A DNA stretch of 64,000 nt from positions 64,001 to 128,000 of the forward strand of contig JBFXJJ010000006.1 of the NCBI GenBank assembly GCA_050175015.1. The letters run 5' to 3'. A model generated the notes under the pieces. The model did not search any database. It had not been told where the DNA came from and saw only the letters and a list, made by a program, of their open reading frames with translations. This DNA comes from Alphaproteobacteria bacterium. Its GTDB lineage: Bacteria; Pseudomonadota; Alphaproteobacteria; JBFXJJ01. Positions 50,966 to 61,461 of the stretch are shown in pieces. Each line of letters starts with the position of its first letter. Positions within the stretch are counted from its first letter, which is position 1. Position numbers and translations under genes: made by a program.

Positions 50966-51754
50966 TTATTCTTGCTTGGTTATATTTCGACTATCGCAAT
51001 ATATTTTATAAAGACCTTTTAAAGTTATATCTGCGTCATATACATCAAAAACCGTTGTTTCCTCGATAAAAATTGGAGCAAGACCGCCCGTTGCAACAAC
51101 ACGTAAATCATGCCCATATTCTTTAATAATCTTGGCAACCAGCCCCTCAACCAAACTTAAATATCCCCAAAAGATACCCGAAGTCATGGCTTCCACAGTG
51201 TCTCTGCCAATCACCTTTTTGGGTTTTTTCACTTCAATATGAGGAAGGAGTGCGGTTCTTTCATAAAGCGCCTCAAGTGAAATATTAATTCCTGCCATAA
51301 AGCTGCTTCCAATAAAATTACCCTCACCGTCAAGTACATCAAATGTTGTTGCGGTTCCAAAGTCAATAACAATCAAATTCCCGCCATATTTAGCATAAGC
51401 CCCAGTTAAGTTGCATATTAAATCTGCTCCGACTTCTGACGGATTTCCAACTTTTTCTAAACATTTGACAACCGTTTCTTCCTGCCCAACGACAAGAGGC
51501 TTAACTCCCAAACAATGCGAACAAAAATTTATTATTTCAAAATTTTTGTTAGGCACAACCGAAGATATTATAACGCCATTAATATCTTTAACTCCAAGTT
51601 CTCCCTTTTTCAGGTTTTCATCTAACCACAAGGAATATTCATCAAGATTTTTGCTTACAGCTGTATCTAAACGCCACTTATGTTTAATGATGCCACTGTC
51701 ATCTATTACCGCAAAAACCATACTGGTATTGCCAATATCTATTGCAAAAAGCAT
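50966..51754 (-). CDS. coaX: Type III pantothenate kinase
   Basis: IDIGNT, SSVVP, GAD, IDFGTATT, TGG; likely ATG at 51754. Confidence 0.93.
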   Translation of the reverse strand: MLFAIDIGNTSMVFAVIDDSGIIKHKWRLDTAVSKNLDEYSLWLDENLKKGELGVKDINGVIISSVVPNKNFEIINFCSHCLGVKPLVVGQEETVVKCLEKVGNPSEVGADLICNLTGAYAKYGGNLIVIDFGTATTFDVLDGEGNFIGSSFMAGINISLEALYERTALLPHIEVKKPKKVIGRDTVEAMTSGIFWGYLSLVEGLVAKIIKEYGHDLRVVATGGLAPIFIEETTVFDVYDADITLKGLYKIYCDSRNITKQE

Positions 51755-51771
51755 ATCATTATGTCCTAAAA

Positions 51772-53193
51772 TCAACTAAGGCGTTTTTTTAGTTCTTTCG
51801 TTGAAACGCCCGTTTCCATTTCAAAAAATTCAATCTTTTCCAAGTGCTTATTTAACTTCTCATCAGGAAGCTTAGTTTGAATACGAGCAACCGTTCCTTC
51901 TGGAACTTTTGAAGCATCTATCGTTTTAAAAAGATTTTTATCAATTTTTATCAAAGAGTTTTTATTGGGAGAAACCATCTCACATTCTTTGTCATTAACG
52001 GCATCGATAAGTTTATCCAAAACTACTTGATGATTGCCCATACCATTGGGCATAACAAACTCAATAACATCGTTTGGTCTTAGTGTATTTTTAACCTCAA
52101 ACACAATTTGACTATCGCTGTTTTCTTTAATCATTCCCGCAAACAGCCACTCACCTAAAGGTGATGTTACGTTATAATCGTGAGCCAGATGCGTTGGTAT
52201 TCCTCGATGGAACCCTAAACTGTAACCTCTGGTTTGAACGGTATAAAGCTCTTTCATAAAAGGAATAGGCGAAAAGTCTTCGGGATTATTAAAATAGCTG
52301 TCTATTGCTAAGCGATAAGCTTTTGCGGTAACCGCTACATAATAAGCACTCTTATTTCTTCCTTCTATTTTCAAGGAATCAAGATTAGCCGATAAAACCT
52401 CATCTAAGACAGGAAGCAGACATAAATCTTTAGCGTTAAAAAGAAAACTGCCATTTTCGTTTTCTTCAACTTCCAAAAACTCTCCTGGTCTGAATTCCTC
52501 TTCTACTAAGAAATTAAATAAATCCCTATTCTTATCATTTATTGGTATTTCTTCAATACTGCCATCTTTAAGTTTTAAATGCAGCTTATAATTCCAGCGG
52601 CAGGAATGAGAACATATTCCTTTATTAGCGGAACGATTGGTTAAATAAGATGATATTAAACATCTTCCCGAATGGCTCATACACATTGCGCCGTGAACAA
52701 ACGCCTCCAACCTAACATCAGGGCATTTTTCTCTTATGGTTTTAATTTCATTAATCGAAAGCTCTCGGGCAAGAATACAAAGACTTGCGCCTCTTTTCTG
52801 CCACGATTTAACGGTTAAATATGATGCTATATTAGCCTGTGTCGAAATATGCTTAGGAACATTAGGAGCAAGATCCATTGCCAAATCAAAAACCCCGTTA
52901 TCCGAAATGATAAAGCCGTCAGGATTAAGAGTAGCTAACTTAGGAATAGCAACTGCCAGCTTTTCAATATCATCATTGCGGGAAACAACGTTTAAGTTAA
53001 GATAAACTTTTTTCCCTAAACTATGAGCAAATTTTATTCCTTCACTAAGTTCATCAGCTTCAAATTTAGCCTGAGAACGCAAAGAAAAAGCGGAAGAACC
53101 TGCATAGATAGCATCTGCGCCATATAAAAATGCGGTCTTCATTTTTAAATAATCGCCAGCTGGCAACAATAATTCTGGTTTTTTTATCTTCAT
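51772..53193 (-). CDS. U32-family Fe-S protein (TrhP/YegQ-like tRNA hydroxylation)
   Basis: ELLLPAG, GADAIY, HGAMC.S.SGRC...C.HSCR, LKIEGR. Confidence 0.85.
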   Translation of the reverse strand: MKIKKPELLLPAGDYLKMKTAFLYGADAIYAGSSAFSLRSQAKFEADELSEGIKFAHSLGKKVYLNLNVVSRNDDIEKLAVAIPKLATLNPDGFIISDNGVFDLAMDLAPNVPKHISTQANIASYLTVKSWQKRGASLCILARELSINEIKTIREKCPDVRLEAFVHGAMCMSHSGRCLISSYLTNRSANKGICSHSCRWNYKLHLKLKDGSIEEIPINDKNRDLFNFLVEEEFRPGEFLEVEENENGSFLFNAKDLCLLPVLDEVLSANLDSLKIEGRNKSAYYVAVTAKAYRLAIDSYFNNPEDFSPIPFMKELYTVQTRGYSLGFHRGIPTHLAHDYNVTSPLGEWLFAGMIKENSDSQIVFEVKNTLRPNDVIEFVMPNGMGNHQVVLDKLIDAVNDKECEMVSPNKNSLIKIDKNLFKTIDASKVPEGTVARIQTKLPDEKLNKHLEKIEFFEMETGVSTKELKKRLS

Positions 53194-53269
53194 TTTTCTT
53201 ACTTTAAAGATTGTAAATGTTGTTTTAGTTATAATACTATATCAATAAAAATAGAAAGGTTTTTATATA

Positions 53270-54565
53270 ATGAATTTAGTTTTTATCGCCATTGTTTTTT
53301 CCGCATTTACCGTAACCGCTGTTAAGCAATTTTTATGGATACCATCTGGCTCAGAGCAATCTCCGATGGATATTCTAGGACTGGAAATGATAAATACCGC
53401 AGGTTCCGCCGTTACCTTGGCTATAGGACTAATCGGTGTTATGTCATTATTCTTAGGAATGATGAAAATTGCCGAAGAAGGAGGTTTATTAAAGATTATT
53501 GCAAAACTTCTAAGACCTTTGATGATAAAACTTTTTCCTGAAGTCCCATCTAATCACCCCGCAATGGGAGCAATGATTATGAACATTTCGGCAAACGTTT
53601 TAGGGCTAGGAAATGCGGCCACCCCCTTTGGCATAAAAGCTATGCAGGAACTTGATAAGCTCAATCCCGAAAAAGGAACAGCAACGAATGCTATGGCGCT
53701 GTTTCTTGCTATAAACACCTCAAGTGTAACTCTGCTGCCAACGGGTATTATTGCCCTTAGAGCTGCCGCAGGATCTCACAACCCTGCCGCAATCGTTCCA
53801 ACCACTCTTTTTGCCACCATCTGCTCAACGGCTATCGCTATTATTACGGCGAAACTTTTAGAAAAGAAAAGTAAAAAAAGCTTTGCGACAAACGATGCTA
53901 AAAATGTTGCGGCTTTAGATGACGCCAATTTAAAAAATAACGATGAAAATGATGCTTATCCCTTTTGGGTATCAAGCCTGACGATAATAATTATGATGGC
54001 ATTGGTGCCTTTAACGGTTATTTATGGCAATCACATTGCGCCTTGGATTGTCCCCAGCATTATGGTTTTACTTATGACTTTTGGACTGTGCAAGGGGGTT
54101 AAAATTTATGAAACTTTTGTTGAAGGGGCTAAAGACGGCTTTAATGTTGCCTTAAAAATTATCCCATACCTTGTTGTTATATTAGTTGCGATTGCAATGT
54201 TTAGAGTCAGCGGCGCTTTAGATGCTTTAATTATTCCTCTTGGAAAAATAACCGAACCTTTAGGACTGCCTGCCGAAGCTTTGCCTATGGCTCTAATGCG
54301 CCCGTTATCTGGTTCTGGAGCCTATGGAATTGTCGCAGATATTTTAAACAATCCGCAAATAGGTCCTGACAGCTATGTTGGATATTTAGTCAGTACTTTT
54401 CAGGGATCAACAGAAACAACCTTTTATGTGCTTGCTCTTTATTTTGGCTCAGTTCAAATCAAAAGAGTCCGCCACGCACTAGCCGCCGCCTTATGTGCTG
54501 ATTTAGCTGGTGTTATTGCCGCAACGGCTGCTTGCTATTTTCTTTTTGGATATTTAATAAAATAA
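53270..54565 (+). CDS. SpmA/SpmB fusion (nucleoside-recognition membrane protein)
   Basis: ANVLGLGNAATPFGIKAM, RPLSGSG, GSTETTFYV. Confidence 0.88.
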   Translation: MNLVFIAIVFSAFTVTAVKQFLWIPSGSEQSPMDILGLEMINTAGSAVTLAIGLIGVMSLFLGMMKIAEEGGLLKIIAKLLRPLMIKLFPEVPSNHPAMGAMIMNISANVLGLGNAATPFGIKAMQELDKLNPEKGTATNAMALFLAINTSSVTLLPTGIIALRAAAGSHNPAAIVPTTLFATICSTAIAIITAKLLEKKSKKSFATNDAKNVAALDDANLKNNDENDAYPFWVSSLTIIIMMALVPLTVIYGNHIAPWIVPSIMVLLMTFGLCKGVKIYETFVEGAKDGFNVALKIIPYLVVILVAIAMFRVSGALDALIIPLGKITEPLGLPAEALPMALMRPLSGSGAYGIVADILNNPQIGPDSYVGYLVSTFQGSTETTFYVLALYFGSVQIKRVRHALAAALCADLAGVIAATAACYFLFGYLIK

Positions 54566-54587
54566 ATCAATTTTGAAGAAAGGTATA

Positions 54588-56291
54588 ATGACAGATATTA
54601 AACAGCGTTTTGAAACTCTTTATGGAGAAGATATTTCTCCAAAAATTGTTTCCCAATATGAAAATTTGATTGCAAAATATCAAAACCTAATTGGTCAGAG
54701 CAAAGAAATAAAACCCAAGTGGAATGAAAAAGATATTATTCTTATAACCTATGCCGATATGGTTAACAATACTGGAGAAAAAACTTTAAAAACTCTCCAT
54801 AATTGGTTGAAAAACCGCCTTAATGACACAACAAATATCGTCCATTTCCTTCCCTTCTTTCCATCTACTTCAGATGGTGGTTTTGCGGTAAGTGATTATA
54901 AAACAATTAATCCTGAGTTTGGAAACTGGGAAGATGTTGCCAATATCAAAAGTGATTTTGACTTAATGTTCGATTTTGTAATCAACCACTGTTCGGCATC
55001 ACATTTCTGGTTTAAAGAATATCTAAAATCTAATTCTCCCTACACTGAATATTTCATTGAAGCATCACCTGACGATGAACGGCTAAAAAAAGTAACAAGA
55101 GCAAGAAGCCACCCTCTGTTAACCCCTTTTATGACGGCTAACGGTGAAAAATTTTTATGGACAACTTTTAGCACTGACCAAATAGATGTTAACTTTAAAA
55201 ATCCAGATGTCCTGTTAGCTTATCTTGATATTCTATTATTTTATGTCTCAAAAGGTATGCGCATTGTTAGATTAGATGCCCTGCACTGCTGTTATAAGGA
55301 GCTGGGAACAAGTTGTATGAGCTTGCCTCAGACGCACGAAGTCTGCAAAATACTTCGTGATACGGTTCATAAAGTCGCACCTAGTGTCATTGTTCTAACG
55401 GAAACTAATCTGCCTCACGAAGAAAACATCAGTTACTTTGGAAATGGCGATGAAGCTGAAATGGTTTATCAATTTGCTCTGCCGCCGCTTATTCTTTATG
55501 CTCTGACTTTTGAGGACGCTAGTCTGCTTAGTCTATGGGCAAAAGGTCTTGATAAAATTCCCCAAGACTGCACCTTCTTAAACTTTACCGCTTCTCACGA
55601 TGGAATAGGCGTTCGGGCATTAGAAAAGCTAGCACCGCCTGATAAGTTTAAAGAACTTATATCTGTTATGGAAGCCAAAGGCGCTAAAATTAATACAAGA
55701 CAACAACAAGATGGTTCCCATACCCCTTATGAAATATGTACGACCTATTTTGATGCTTTTAGTGAAGATAAAAACAACGTAACTTCCAAACAAATTAAAA
55801 AATTCTTATGCTCGCAGTGTATTCCATTAAGTCTTGCTGGAATTCCCGCTTTTTATTTTCATAGTTTTACAAGCTGCAGCAACAATTATGAAGGCTTATC
55901 AAAAACCAATCATAATCGAGACTTAAACCGTTATAAATGGCAGCTCAACGAACTAGACAATCACCTAAACAGCGGCTATGGAAAACAAATTTTTGAAACT
56001 TTAAAAAATCTTATCATTCTAAGAAAACAAACCCCAGAGTTTCACCCTGATGCAAAAATGGAAATTGTCGATTTAGATAAAAGCCTTTTTATAGTGAAAC
56101 GAGAAAATTCGGCAGGGCAAAAAATTATAGCCATTCACAATGTTTCTGAAAAAACCATCAACTTTAATCTTGCCAAAATAGATGCGAAAGTAGTAAGCAT
56201 TATTAATCCTTTGAACAATCAAAAAATTGACCCTTCAAACAGCATTCTTACGCTTAACGATTTTGATGTTTACTGGATAAAGATTTCTTAA
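54588..56291 (+). CDS. GH13_18 sugar phosphorylase (glucosylglycerate phosphorylase-like)
   Basis: LITYAD, SDGGFAV, RLDA nucleophile, TETN acid/base, ASHDGIG, PYE; likely ATG at 54588. Confidence 0.85.
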   Translation: MTDIKQRFETLYGEDISPKIVSQYENLIAKYQNLIGQSKEIKPKWNEKDIILITYADMVNNTGEKTLKTLHNWLKNRLNDTTNIVHFLPFFPSTSDGGFAVSDYKTINPEFGNWEDVANIKSDFDLMFDFVINHCSASHFWFKEYLKSNSPYTEYFIEASPDDERLKKVTRARSHPLLTPFMTANGEKFLWTTFSTDQIDVNFKNPDVLLAYLDILLFYVSKGMRIVRLDALHCCYKELGTSCMSLPQTHEVCKILRDTVHKVAPSVIVLTETNLPHEENISYFGNGDEAEMVYQFALPPLILYALTFEDASLLSLWAKGLDKIPQDCTFLNFTASHDGIGVRALEKLAPPDKFKELISVMEAKGAKINTRQQQDGSHTPYEICTTYFDAFSEDKNNVTSKQIKKFLCSQCIPLSLAGIPAFYFHSFTSCSNNYEGLSKTNHNRDLNRYKWQLNELDNHLNSGYGKQIFETLKNLIILRKQTPEFHPDAKMEIVDLDKSLFIVKRENSAGQKIIAIHNVSEKTINFNLAKIDAKVVSIINPLNNQKIDPSNSILTLNDFDVYWIKIS

Positions 56292-56319
56292 TTTTTCTTT
56301 TTTTTAACGGTGATCTCTA

Positions 56320-57210
56320 GTGCAGCTAACTAAAAAGCAGAAAGCCGAGTTGTGGCTGGTTCTTACTACCTTAATTTGGGGTGGAACATTTGCTATCATT
56401 CAAGTCGGATTGAATGATGCTAGCCCTTTTTTATTTTTATCAATAAGGTTTTTTATTTGCTTTTTAGTCTTAACGATATTCTTTCCTAAGATTTACAAAG
56501 ATATCGACAAAGCCCTGCTGAAAAAAGGCATCATCTTAGGAATTTTGATGTTTGGCGGCTACGGATTACAATTTCTTGGTCTGAAATATACAACTGTTGC
56601 CAAGTCTAGTTTGATAACCTACAGCTTTGTTTTACTGATTCCCTTCCTGCAATATTTCGTAAGAAAAAGAATGCCTCATATTGGCAATATAATTGGACTT
56701 ATTATTGTAAGTGTTGGAATGATAATTCTTAATAATCCTGGACATACCACTTTTAATATTGGAGATTTAGTTACCTTTGGCAGCGCTTTTGTTTATGCCT
56801 TTTATGTCATAGGTTTAGATGCGATTAACTCCAACAAAACCCTTTTGCTGACTTCTATTCAATTTCTTGTAACAGCCGTACTTGGAATAATTTCGTCATT
56901 TTATTTTGAAGATGCTTATCTCAACCCAACAACCGATTTAGCTTTATGCCTATTCTTCTTAAGCATTCCTGCTGGCGTTATTGCGTTGTTCCTTCAAACC
57001 AATTTTCAAAAAGAAACCAGCCCAGTTAAAGCTTGCATAATTTATGCCCTAGAACCAGTTTTCGCCATTATTTTAGGCTTTGTAATGCTCCATCAAACAC
57101 TAAGCTCTTCAGAAACCATAGGTGTTGCAATTATCTTATCTGGGGTACTTATTTCTGAAGCTTGGGGCTTTGTCCAAACAAAGTTTTTTACTAAAACAAT
57201 CAAGTCTTAA
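56320..57210 (+). CDS. EamA/DMT transporter
   Basis: IWGGTF, 10 TMs, LEPVFA. Confidence 0.9.
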   Translation: MQLTKKQKAELWLVLTTLIWGGTFAIIQVGLNDASPFLFLSIRFFICFLVLTIFFPKIYKDIDKALLKKGIILGILMFGGYGLQFLGLKYTTVAKSSLITYSFVLLIPFLQYFVRKRMPHIGNIIGLIIVSVGMIILNNPGHTTFNIGDLVTFGSAFVYAFYVIGLDAINSNKTLLLTSIQFLVTAVLGIISSFYFEDAYLNPTTDLALCLFFLSIPAGVIALFLQTNFQKETSPVKACIIYALEPVFAIILGFVMLHQTLSSSETIGVAIILSGVLISEAWGFVQTKFFTKTIKS

Positions 57211-57249
57211 AAATTCGCTCTAATACTCTTAACAACTTATAAAATGAGA

Positions 57250-57278
57250 TTGACCTTGGGTATGTCTTGACATAGAAT
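57250..57278 (+). promoter_or_regulatory. Sigma70-type promoter of serC-serA
   Basis: TTGACC-17 nt-TAGAAT, followed by the inverted repeat TTTTCCATA...TATGGAAAA (57293-57321). Confidence 0.6.
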
Positions 57279-57359
57279 TTCAGACTGTTTCTTTTTCCAT
57301 AAAATTCATATCTATGGAAAATAATCATGCAATTTTTTTATATGAAGGAATTTTCATAA

Positions 57360-58523
57360 ATGAACAATGTTGTAAAACCTACATTACGCCCTAAATGTCC
57401 TAATTTCTCTTCAGGACCTTGCGCTAAACGCCCTGGCTGGACGGTTAAAGCTTTAGAAAGTGCTTTAGTCGGACGCTCACACCGTTCCAAACCAGGAGCA
57501 GCAAGATTAAAAGAATCTATCGACCTTATGGCTAAGGTTCTTAATCTTCCTGAAGGCTATCGTGTAGGTATTGTTGCAGGTTCTGATACTGGTGCTGTTG
57601 AAATGTGTATGTGGTCAATGCTTGGCGGTAGAGGCGTTGATGTTTTTGAATGGGAATCTTTCAGCGGCGGTTGGGTTACCGACATTACAAAACAATTAAA
57701 ACTCGCCAATGTTAGAACTTTCAAAGCTCCTTACGGTGAGCTTCCAGACTTGACCCAAGCTGATTTTAAAAATGATGTCGTTTTTGTTTGGAATGGCACA
57801 ACTTCAGGCGTAAAAGTACCTAATGGTGACTGGATTCCTGCTGATCGCGAAGGCATTACCATTTGCGACGCAACCTCGGCTGTTTATGCTATGAAACTTC
57901 CTTGGGAAAAATTAGATGTTACAACTTTCTCTTGGCAGAAAGTTTTAGGCGGTGAAGCGGCTCACGGTGTTATCATTTTAAGCCCAAGAGCTATTGCTAG
58001 ACTTGAAAGCTATACCCCATCTTGGCCAATGCCAAAAATTTTCCGTATGGTAAGCAAGGGCAAAGTTAATGAAGCTTTGTTTGAAGGCTCAACAATCAAC
58101 ACGCCTTCAATGCTCTGCGTTGAAGACGTTATTGATGCCTTAAAATGGGCAGAAAGCATTGGTGGATCAGATGCGTTAGTTCGTCGTTCTAATGCTAATC
58201 TTGAAGCTCTTAGCAAATGGGTCAAAAAAACTGATTGGGTTGAATTTTTAGCCAAAGAAGAAGCATCACGTTCAAATACGTCCATCTGTTTATCAATCGT
58301 TGCCCCTTGGTTTACCAAATTATCAGTCGAAGACCAATGGAAAGCCTCTAAGAAGATTACTTCCTTATTAGATAAAGAAGGTGTTGCCCACGATATTAAT
58401 GCTTACAAAGATGCCCCTCCGGGAATCAGAGTATGGGGCGGTGCAACCGTTGAAACTTCTGATATTGAAGCTTTATGTGCTTGGCTTGACTGGGCATATG
58501 CTGAAGTTGCCAAAGAATATTAA
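57360..58523 (+). CDS. serC: Phosphoserine aminotransferase (alphaproteobacterial/Methanosarcina type)
   Basis: [35 protein letters not shown]. Confidence 0.93.
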   Translation: MNNVVKPTLRPKCPNFSSGPCAKRPGWTVKALESALVGRSHRSKPGAARLKESIDLMAKVLNLPEGYRVGIVAGSDTGAVEMCMWSMLGGRGVDVFEWESFSGGWVTDITKQLKLANVRTFKAPYGELPDLTQADFKNDVVFVWNGTTSGVKVPNGDWIPADREGITICDATSAVYAMKLPWEKLDVTTFSWQKVLGGEAAHGVIILSPRAIARLESYTPSWPMPKIFRMVSKGKVNEALFEGSTINTPSMLCVEDVIDALKWAESIGGSDALVRRSNANLEALSKWVKKTDWVEFLAKEEASRSNTSICLSIVAPWFTKLSVEDQWKASKKITSLLDKEGVAHDINAYKDAPPGIRVWGGATVETSDIEALCAWLDWAYAEVAKEY

Positions 58524-58552
58524 TTTTAACCTTATTTTTTTAGGAGTATCTA

Positions 58553-59509
58553 ATGCCAAAAGTTTTAGTCGCTGACAAACTAAGTAATGAAGCTGTTGCC
58601 ATCTTTCAAAAGAATGGCATTGAAACTGTTGTTAAAACAGGTATGACAACCGATGAATTTGTTAAAGAAATCGCTGATGTTGATGGCTTAGTTGTTCGTT
58701 CAGCAGCAAAACCAAATGCCGAAATTATTAAAGCTGGAAAAAATCTTAAAGTAATCGGCAGAGCTGGAATTGGCGTTGACAACATAGATATTGCTGCTGC
58801 TAGCGCACAAAAAGTTATTGTAATGAACACCCCTTTCGGTAATACCATTACAACCGCTGAACACGCTGTTGCAATGATGATGTCTCTTGCCCGCAATATC
58901 CCACAAGCAAATGCTGAAATGACAGATGGTGCTTGGCCTAAAGCAAAATATCAAGGCGTTGAGCTATGCGGCAAGACTCTTGGTGTTGTTGGCTGCGGCA
59001 ATATTGGTTCGATTGTCGCTGACAGAGGTCTTGGTTTAAAAATGAAAGTTATCGCTTTTGATCCATTCCTAACTGAAGAAAAAGCAACCACTTGGGGTAT
59101 TACTAAAGTAGAACTCGACGAACTTTTAAAGAGCGCTGACTTTATTACGCTCCACACACCATCAACCCCTGAAACTAAAGGTATGATTAATAAAGACAGT
59201 ATCGCAAAAATGAAAAAAGGCGTTTACATTATTAACTGTGCTAGAGGTAATTTAGTTGTTGCTGAAGATTTGGTTGCAGCGATTGACAATGGTCAGGTTT
59301 CTGGTGCCGCTATCGACGTTTTTGATGGGGAACCTCCTGCCGAAGATCACGTTTTCCGCAAGCACCCCAAAGTAATCTGCACACCGCATCTTGGAGCCTC
59401 AACGAAAGAAGCCGAAGAAAAAGTATCTTTGCAGGTTGCGGAACAAATTTCGGAATATCTCTTAACAGGTAAAGCTGTTAACGTAATTAACAAAGATGTT
59501 CTAAAATAA
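58553..59509 (+). CDS. serA: D-3-phosphoglycerate dehydrogenase lacking regulatory domains
   Basis: GRAGIGVDN, NTPFGN, GCGNIG, NCARG, EP, PHLGAST; 318 aa; downstream of serC. Confidence 0.88.
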   Translation: MPKVLVADKLSNEAVAIFQKNGIETVVKTGMTTDEFVKEIADVDGLVVRSAAKPNAEIIKAGKNLKVIGRAGIGVDNIDIAAASAQKVIVMNTPFGNTITTAEHAVAMMMSLARNIPQANAEMTDGAWPKAKYQGVELCGKTLGVVGCGNIGSIVADRGLGLKMKVIAFDPFLTEEKATTWGITKVELDELLKSADFITLHTPSTPETKGMINKDSIAKMKKGVYIINCARGNLVVAEDLVAAIDNGQVSGAAIDVFDGEPPAEDHVFRKHPKVICTPHLGASTKEAEEKVSLQVAEQISEYLLTGKAVNVINKDVLK

Positions 59510-59527
59510 AAAATATGTAACTAAACG

Positions 59528-59562
59528 AAAAGCGGCTCTTAATTTTTAGGAACCGCTTTTTT
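59528..59562 (+). terminator. Intrinsic terminator
   Basis: AAAAGCGG...CCGCTTTTTT. Confidence 0.75.
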
Positions 59563-59596
59563 CTTATATTTAATCTCTAATTTTGATGGATACTAT

Positions 59597-60157
59597 ATGA
59601 CAAAGAATTTCAAAAAATTTAATTTATTATTAGCTTTATTATTATCTGGCTGTTTTGTAACTGCCACTTTACAAAAAGAACCTCCTATGGTTGTGAGAGA
59701 TGGCAAAGCCCCTAAAGCTGCATTCATCACTTATTCTGATGACAAAGATGTCGCTTCTTTTGCTCAAGAAAAATTAAAAACCTGCCTTGAAACACGCAAT
59801 GTTTTCAAATTTGTTGACAGCAAAAAAGTTGCCGCTGCTATAAAAAAAGCTGGGATTGATACCAATAAAATTTATGGTCTAAGCAACGATGATTATAAAA
59901 AATTAGCCGAAAGCTTAAAAGTTGATTATGTTTTTTTTGGTAATTTAGGCGTTGTTAAAGCTCTTAAACTTACAGGCTGGCGCAAAGATATTTATTCTTT
60001 GTTCTATCTTTATGATAATCAGAAAGGCGATAAAGTTAACTCTTGGCGCTCTGACACAACAATGACAACGACTGATGCCGCAAGTGAACTTGATGCCTTA
60101 AAAATGTCAGAATCTGTCATAAATCATACTTGTGCTAAAATTATTGAAGATTTCTAA
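59597..60157 (+). CDS. Hypothetical lipoprotein
   Basis: LLSGC lipobox; weak resemblance to CsgG/TolB-N-like alpha/beta proteins. Confidence 0.7.
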   Translation: MTKNFKKFNLLLALLLSGCFVTATLQKEPPMVVRDGKAPKAAFITYSDDKDVASFAQEKLKTCLETRNVFKFVDSKKVAAAIKKAGIDTNKIYGLSNDDYKKLAESLKVDYVFFGNLGVVKALKLTGWRKDIYSLFYLYDNQKGDKVNSWRSDTTMTTTDAASELDALKMSESVINHTCAKIIEDF

Positions 60158-60165
60158 AATAACTT

Positions 60166-60201
60166 AAAAAAAAGAGGGGAATGCAAATTCCCTTCTTTTT
60201 T
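60166..60201. terminator. Bidirectional intrinsic terminator
   Basis: AAAAAAAAGAGGGGAAT-gcaa-ATTCCCTTCTTTTTT between convergent genes. Confidence 0.8.
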
Positions 60202-60376
60202 ATTTAAACAGCCTGTAATAAAATTGTGTTTGCTATTCTTACTATGATACAAAACTGAATCTTCAAATAACGATATATTCTAAAAATTATTATTTTTCTT
60301 CTTAGAATCTGTCACAATAAATGGTTGATATTTGTCATTTTTAAAGATTTGATTACATCAAGCTTTTACTATTACT

Positions 60377-61273
60377 TTATTTTTGAAGTTGCAATTGTTT
60401 AGGTTCTTGATATGTACAAAATAGAGTATTTGCTCCCCTAAGAATATCTTGCACTTTCAAATCGTCTGGTTCATTAACATAATACTCTGCTGTATTATTA
60501 TATAGGCTTAAAAGTAAACAAGGTGGCTTAGCAATATCTTGAATATAGCACTTCTTCTTTTCATTAATAAATTGTCTTTCAATAATCATTTTGCTAAGTG
60601 CAGAAACAGACGTTTGCGATGGAATCCATATATCTATTGTATCCCCCATACCTTTACTTAATGACACATTTATATATTCTTTTTTTATGATAGAATCCAT
60701 TGTTTTGATACTACAATGATAATGATTATGAATATAAATAGCTTTGCAATCTTTAGGAATATACTTTTTTATTTTAGGTTCAATATAAATCATATCAAAC
60801 TCACTCAAAGGAGCGGTCATCGAACAAAAATTATGTTCATCTGTTGAATATAGTACATAATAGCCGTTATAATAAAAAACGCCGTTACTATTTGGCTTTG
60901 GTATGAAGTTATCCTTAACGAACAGCATTTCTGCCAAATCCATATTTATATCATCTAAGGAAAACTGATGCTTTGCATTTTTATTCGACGATGGAAATTC
61001 TCTTAATAAGATGGTAGAGTTCTTAACATATTTGTCATATAACTCATTAAAATCTTCTTTAGTGGGGTTATTGAACTCTGCAAGCATAAGTGTTTTATAA
61101 CACGATAAGCTTATTTGAGCATATTCAAAATAATCATCATTTTTGTTAGGATGCCCATATGCAATTGCATATATTTTATAACCATTAACATAAAAATAAC
61201 CAATATCTATTCTTATTGTACTTGTCAGCACTTTTGTAAGAATATAGTTAATGCTTTTATATAATGGGCCCAT
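60377..61273 (-). CDS. Hypothetical protein (unrecognised)
   Basis: 298-aa AT-rich ORF; AAGGAG RBS. Confidence 0.65.
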   Translation of the reverse strand: MGPLYKSINYILTKVLTSTIRIDIGYFYVNGYKIYAIAYGHPNKNDDYFEYAQISLSCYKTLMLAEFNNPTKEDFNELYDKYVKNSTILLREFPSSNKNAKHQFSLDDINMDLAEMLFVKDNFIPKPNSNGVFYYNGYYVLYSTDEHNFCSMTAPLSEFDMIYIEPKIKKYIPKDCKAIYIHNHYHCSIKTMDSIIKKEYINVSLSKGMGDTIDIWIPSQTSVSALSKMIIERQFINEKKKCYIQDIAKPPCLLLSLYNNTAEYYVNEPDDLKVQDILRGANTLFCTYQEPKQLQLQK

Positions 61274-61362
61274 ATATTCTTATCTCCTTATTGAACCAAG
61301 TCTTTATTCCACAATATACAATCAACATTATGTTTCATCTATAATTAAATTCTTTATAGTCA

Positions 61363-61397
61363 TAAAAAAATCCTTAAAATACAAAGTTTAAGGATTT
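61363..61397 (-). terminator. Intrinsic terminator
   Basis: AAATCCTTAAA...TTTAAGGATTT followed by a T-run on the minus strand. Confidence 0.55.
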
Positions 61398-61461
61398 ATA
61401 AAAGTTTATAATAATATAAAAAATAGATTCTATATAAATATATTAATTAAGAGTTTTTATC

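Noticed and set aside
60690-60740. JAB/MPN metalloprotease motif in the 298-aa ORF
   Set aside because: HxH is present but the downstream Sx2D spacing does not fit.
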